From an uncultured Gemmatimonadales bacterium (GTDB taxonomy: Bacteria > Gemmatimonadota > Gemmatimonadetes > Gemmatimonadales > Gemmatimonadaceae): a DNA stretch of 64,000 nucleotides. Shown piece by piece: positions 60,342 to 64,000 of this stretch. Numbering within the stretch: the stretch's first letter is position 1; each line of letters opens with the position of its first letter. The notes beneath the pieces are model-generated. The model was not told where the DNA came from. It did not search any database and was given only the letters and a program-made list of their open reading frames with translations. A program made the position numbers and the translations under genes. The stretch spans positions 1,696,001-1,760,000 of the forward strand of contig CAWKNZ010000002.1 of the NCBI GenBank assembly GCA_963851265.1, read 5' to 3'.

Positions 60342-61718
60342 TCAGACGCGACGCTTGGGGTCGGACGCCGGGAGCTGGGCGAACTCCTCGCGCGCCTGCT
60401 CGAATCCCGGCCGTCCGATCATGCCGTAGGTGAAGTGCTTGCCGAGCTCCACGCCCGGCTGATTGAACGCGTCGATGCCGTAGAACTCGCCCGAATACGC
60501 GGTCGCGGCTTCGAGCAGCATGATGAGCCCGCCCACGTGGTGCGCGTCGATGGTGTCGAGCGTGATCGTCATGTTCGGCCGGCCGCGGGCGGCGAGCGCG
60601 CCGGCCGTCGCGCGGCGCTCGACGTCGAGCAGCTCGCCGAGCGTGTGCCCGCCGAGGTAGGCGAGGTCGGGCACGTCCTGGTACAGCGCGGGGATCCGGC
60701 CCCGGTCGGTGCGTCCGTTGACGGCGACGAAGGTCACCGTCTTGTCGGCCGGGCCCTCCATGAACAGCTGCACCTGCGCGTGCTGGTCGGTGGTGCCGAG
60801 CGCGGGCACGGCGGTCGGGCCGACGTGCGTGCCGTCGGGGCGCACCTTGCCTAACGATTCGTCCCACAGCTGGACGAACCACGCGGCCATGTCGCGGAGC
60901 GGGTCGGCGTAGGGCATGAGGACCTGCACCGGCTTGCCGTGGGCGCTCGCGGCGAGGAACTGCAGCGCGGCGTAGACGCCGCCGGGGTTCCGGGCGAGCT
61001 CGGGGGTGTCGCAGCGGGCGCGCATGTCGGCCGCGCCGGCGAGCAGTCCCGCGACGTCGACGCCGAGGAGCGCGGCGGGGAGCAGCCCGACGGGGGTGAG
61101 CACGGAGAACCGCCCCCCGACGTTGGGCGGGATGTCGAGCGCGGTCAGCCCTTCGCTGTTCGCGATCGGCCGGAGCGACCCCTTGGCGGGGTCGGTGATG
61201 AAGACGAGCTGCTCCTTGGCGCGGTCGCCGAGCGCGGCGTCGAGCGCCTCGCGGATGAGGAGGTACTGCGCCATCGTCTCGGCCGTGCCGCCCGACTTGG
61301 AGACCACGAGCACCACGGTGCGCGCGAGGTCGAGGCGCTGGATCGTGGCCGCGATCGTGTCGGGGTCGACGTTGTCGAGCACGTGCAGGCGCGGGTACCC
61401 GTCGCGCTCGGCGTCGGAGAGCGTGTTCCACGCCGGCGGCCGGAGCGCGGTCCGGAGCGCGATCGGGCCCAGCGCCGATCCTCCGATGCCTAACAGCAGG
61501 AGGTCGGTGTAGCGGCCCCGGGCGCGTTCGGCGAAGGCGGTCGTCTGCGCGAGGAGCGCGGTGTCGTCGGGCAGGTCGAGGAACCCCAGCTCGCCGCGGC
61601 CGCGCTTGTCGGCGACGGCGACGTGCGCGACGCGGAAGCGGCCGGTGATCTCCGTCCATTCGGCGTCGGTGACGGCGCCGGGGAGGAACATGTTCGTGTA
61701 GTCGAGCGAGATCGTCAT
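60342..61718 (-). CDS. pgi: Glucose-6-phosphate isomerase
   Basis: GIGGSALG, SKSGGTAET, VGGRFSVL, QLWDESLGK, DQHAQVQL, FNQPGVELGK. Confidence 0.95.
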   Translation of the reverse strand: MTISLDYTNMFLPGAVTDAEWTEITGRFRVAHVAVADKRGRGELGFLDLPDDTALLAQTTAFAERARGRYTDLLLLGIGGSALGPIALRTALRPPAWNTLSDAERDGYPRLHVLDNVDPDTIAATIQRLDLARTVVLVVSKSGGTAETMAQYLLIREALDAALGDRAKEQLVFITDPAKGSLRPIANSEGLTALDIPPNVGGRFSVLTPVGLLPAALLGVDVAGLLAGAADMRARCDTPELARNPGGVYAALQFLAASAHGKPVQVLMPYADPLRDMAAWFVQLWDESLGKVRPDGTHVGPTAVPALGTTDQHAQVQLFMEGPADKTVTFVAVNGRTDRGRIPALYQDVPDLAYLGGHTLGELLDVERRATAGALAARGRPNMTITLDTIDAHHVGGLIMLLEAATAYSGEFYGIDAFNQPGVELGKHFTYGMIGRPGFEQAREEFAQLPASDPKRRV

Positions 61719-61752
61719 GGGCCGACTCGGGGGCGTGGGGAGTTGGGGTGCC

Positions 61753-62541
61753 TCACACGTCGACCTCGAGGCCGTCGTACGCCGGGCGCACGTCGGGCGG
61801 CAGGTCGGCCTCGAGACTTGCGTGCGAGGTGTGGTGCGTGAGGTGCGTGAGGTACGTGCGGCCGGCGCCGACGCGCGCGGCCTCGGCGACCGCCTCGTCG
61901 ATGCTCAGGTGCGTGGGGTGCGGCCGGTGCAGAAACAGCCCGTTGATCACGAGCACGCGCACGCCGCGCAGGATCTCGAGCGCCTCGTCGGGGAGTCGCT
62001 TGGCGTCGGTCACGTAGCCTAACGGGCCGATCCGGTAGCCGAAGACGCGCGCGAAGCCGTGGGGGACGGCGAACGGCGTGACCGGGACGCCCGCGACGTC
62101 GCGCGTCACCCCCGCCTCGAGGATCTCGAGGTGCCCCTCGGGCTTGAAGGTGCCCGGGAGCGGCTTCATCGCGTCGTCGAAGATGTACGGAAACTTGCGC
62201 ACGAGCCCCGCCGCCGTCTCGGCAGAGGCGTACGCCGGGACGGCGCGGCCGGTCGCCGCGCTGAACGCGCGAAGGTCGTCGATGCCGTGCGTGTGGTCGG
62301 CGTGGTCGTGCGTGTACAGCACCGCGTCCACCGCGCCGACGTCGGCGTCCACGAGCTGCAGGCGCAGCTCGGGCGGGGTGTCGACGAGGATGCGGCGCCC
62401 CTCGTCGGTCTCGACGAGCGCGCCGACGCGGGTGCGGCGGTCGCGCGACCCCGGCGCGCGCGCCGACCGGCACACCGCGCAGCCGCACCCGATCTGCGGG
62501 ATCCCGAAGCTCGTCCCCGTGCCGAGGAACCGGAGCCGCAC
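61753..62541 (-). CDS. MBL-fold metallo-hydrolase (PhnP-like)
   Basis: FLGTGTS.G.P..GC.C.VC, THDHADHTHGIDDLR, YLTHLTH. Confidence 0.88.
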   Translation of the reverse strand: MRLRFLGTGTSFGIPQIGCGCAVCRSARAPGSRDRRTRVGALVETDEGRRILVDTPPELRLQLVDADVGAVDAVLYTHDHADHTHGIDDLRAFSAATGRAVPAYASAETAAGLVRKFPYIFDDAMKPLPGTFKPEGHLEILEAGVTRDVAGVPVTPFAVPHGFARVFGYRIGPLGYVTDAKRLPDEALEILRGVRVLVINGLFLHRPHPTHLSIDEAVAEAARVGAGRTYLTHLTHHTSHASLEADLPPDVRPAYDGLEVDV

Positions 62542-62561
62542 GCGCCGGGTCGTCCCGGCCG

Positions 62562-64000
62562 TTAGGCGGGCGCGCCGGTCGCGTCGGCCGGCACGGTCTC
62601 GACCTTCAGCGTGTTCGTCGTCCCGGGCGTGTCGAACGGCACGCCCGCGGTGACGACCACGCGGTCGCCCGGGTTGGCGAGCTCGGACGCGACCGCGATC
62701 CCGAGCCCGAGGTCGACCATCGCCTCGTACGTCGTGACGTGCGGTACCACCTGCGGCACCACGCCCCAGACGAGCGCGAGCTGCCGCGCCGTGCGCGGCT
62801 GGTCGGTGAGCGCGAGGATGGGAACCGGCGGCCGGTGCGCCGACACGATGCGCCCCGTGAAGCCGCTCTTCGAGAAGACGATCACGAGCGGCGCGGCGAG
62901 CTGCCGCGCGGCCGCGACGGTCGCGGCCGCGATCGCCTCCTCGGTCGTCACGAACAGCCCGCGCGCGCGGCGCTCGTCGCGCAGTCCGGCGCCGATCACG
63001 GGGTGCGTCTCGATCTCCTGGATGATGCGCCGCATGGCCTGGACGGCGAGCTGCGGGTACGCACCCGCCGCGGTCTCGGCCGAAAGCATGATCGCGTCGG
63101 TGCCGTCGAGGATCGCGTTGGCCACGTCACTCGCCTCGGCGCGCGTGGGGCGCGGGTGCTCGACCATCGACTCGAGCATCTGCGTGGCCGTGATCACCGG
63201 CCGGCCGAGGCGCTGAGCGAGCGCGATGATCTGCTTCTGCGCCAGCGGCACGCGCTCGAAGGGGAGCTCGACCCCGAGGTCGCCGCGGGCGACCATCACC
63301 GAATCGGACGCGCGCAGGATCTCGTCGATGTTGTCGAGCGCCTGGTCCTTCTCGATCTTCGCGCAGATGAGCGTGCCCTTGGGCACCATCGCGCGCAGCT
63401 CCTCGACGTCGGCCGCGCGCCGCACGAAGCTCAGCGCCAGGTACTCGACTTCCTGCTCCACCGCGAACACCACGTCCGCGCGATCCTTCTCGGTGATGGA
63501 CGGCGCCGACACCGACACCCCGGGGAGGTTCATCCCCTTGTTGCTCTTGATCGGTCCGCCGTGCACCACGCGCACGCCGACGCGGCGCCCCTGGACGTCG
63601 ACCACGACGAGCTCGATGAGGCCGTCGTCGACGAGCACGCGGTCGCCGGCACGGACGTCGTTGGCGAGCGCCTCGTAGGTGATCGGGATCTCGTGCCGCG
63701 CGAGGTCGTGCTCCTCACTTTCGGGGACGAGCGTGATGCTCTGCCCGGGCTCGACCTGGATGGCGCTGGCGAGCGCGCCGATGCGGATGCGGGGGCCCTG
63801 GAGGTCGCCGAGGACGGCGACGTGGCGGCCCAACTCCGCGGCAACCTCGCGCACGATGCGGATGCGCTCGGCGTGCTGCTCGTGCGTGCCGTGCGAGAAG
63901 TTGATGCGTGCCACGTTGAGGCCCGCCTCGATGATCCCGCGAATGGATTCGCGCGAGGTGGTGGCGGGGCCGAGCGTACCGACGATCTTGGTGCGCGGTG
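62562..64000 (-). CDS. pyk: Pyruvate kinase, 5' end beyond the window
   Basis: RTKIVGTLGP, ARINFSHG, DLQGP, MVARGDLGVE, ATQMLESM, MLSAETA. Confidence 0.96.
   Translation of the reverse strand, partial: PRTKIVGTLGPATTSRESIRGIIEAGLNVARINFSHGTHEQHAERIRIVREVAAELGRHVAVLGDLQGPRIRIGALASAIQVEPGQSITLVPESEEHDLARHEIPITYEALANDVRAGDRVLVDDGLIELVVVDVQGRRVGVRVVHGGPIKSNKGMNLPGVSVSAPSITEKDRADVVFAVEQEVEYLALSFVRRAADVEELRAMVPKGTLICAKIEKDQALDNIDEILRASDSVMVARGDLGVELPFERVPLAQKQIIALAQRLGRPVITATQMLESMVEHPRPTRAEASDVANAILDGTDAIMLSAETAAGAYPQLAVQAMRRIIQEIETHPVIGAGLRDERRARGLFVTTEEAIAAATVAAARQLAAPLVIVFSKSGFTGRIVSAHRPPVPILALTDQPRTARQLALVWGVVPQVVPHVTTYEAMVDLGLGIAVASELANPGDRVVVTAGVPFDTPGTTNTLKVETVPADATGAPA

Overview
This is a very GC-rich (>70% by eye) bacterial chromosomal segment with no phage, IS, CRISPR, rRNA or tRNA that I can support. 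Gene content suggests Gemmatimonadota (inference). It carries about 56 CDS. Minus-strand core clusters are yajQ-rimO-spoIID-OMP-DUF4105, lepB-sigma70, cinA-grpE-dnaJ, dnaX-ybaB-recR-hyp-mglB-mglA-pgsA, and pyk-MBL-pgi-fba-pseudoHK-sigma54 regulator-ytxH-yihY. Plus-strand clusters are a TolC/MacAB-type ABC exporter, bshB1-kynA-kynB and iscS-mnmA. An SRP RNA (ffs) with a clear promoter lies near 53.4-53.5 kb. The most striking unexplained signal is the heptamer GTTAGGC/GCCTAAC, with 20 exact copies found by eye on both strands. Fifteen of them place a rare in-frame TTA Leu codon in housekeeping genes, which suggests a DNA-level selected motif; it also equals the integron GTTRRRY core. Other candidates are a pseudokinase-kinase tandem protein, a ChpT-like pseudo-histidine kinase, a degenerate creatininase fused to a secreted-type domain, an MglA with an insertion, paired plug-only TonB-like proteins and sigma54-type promoters. 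All calls are by motif recognition only; no database searches were run.
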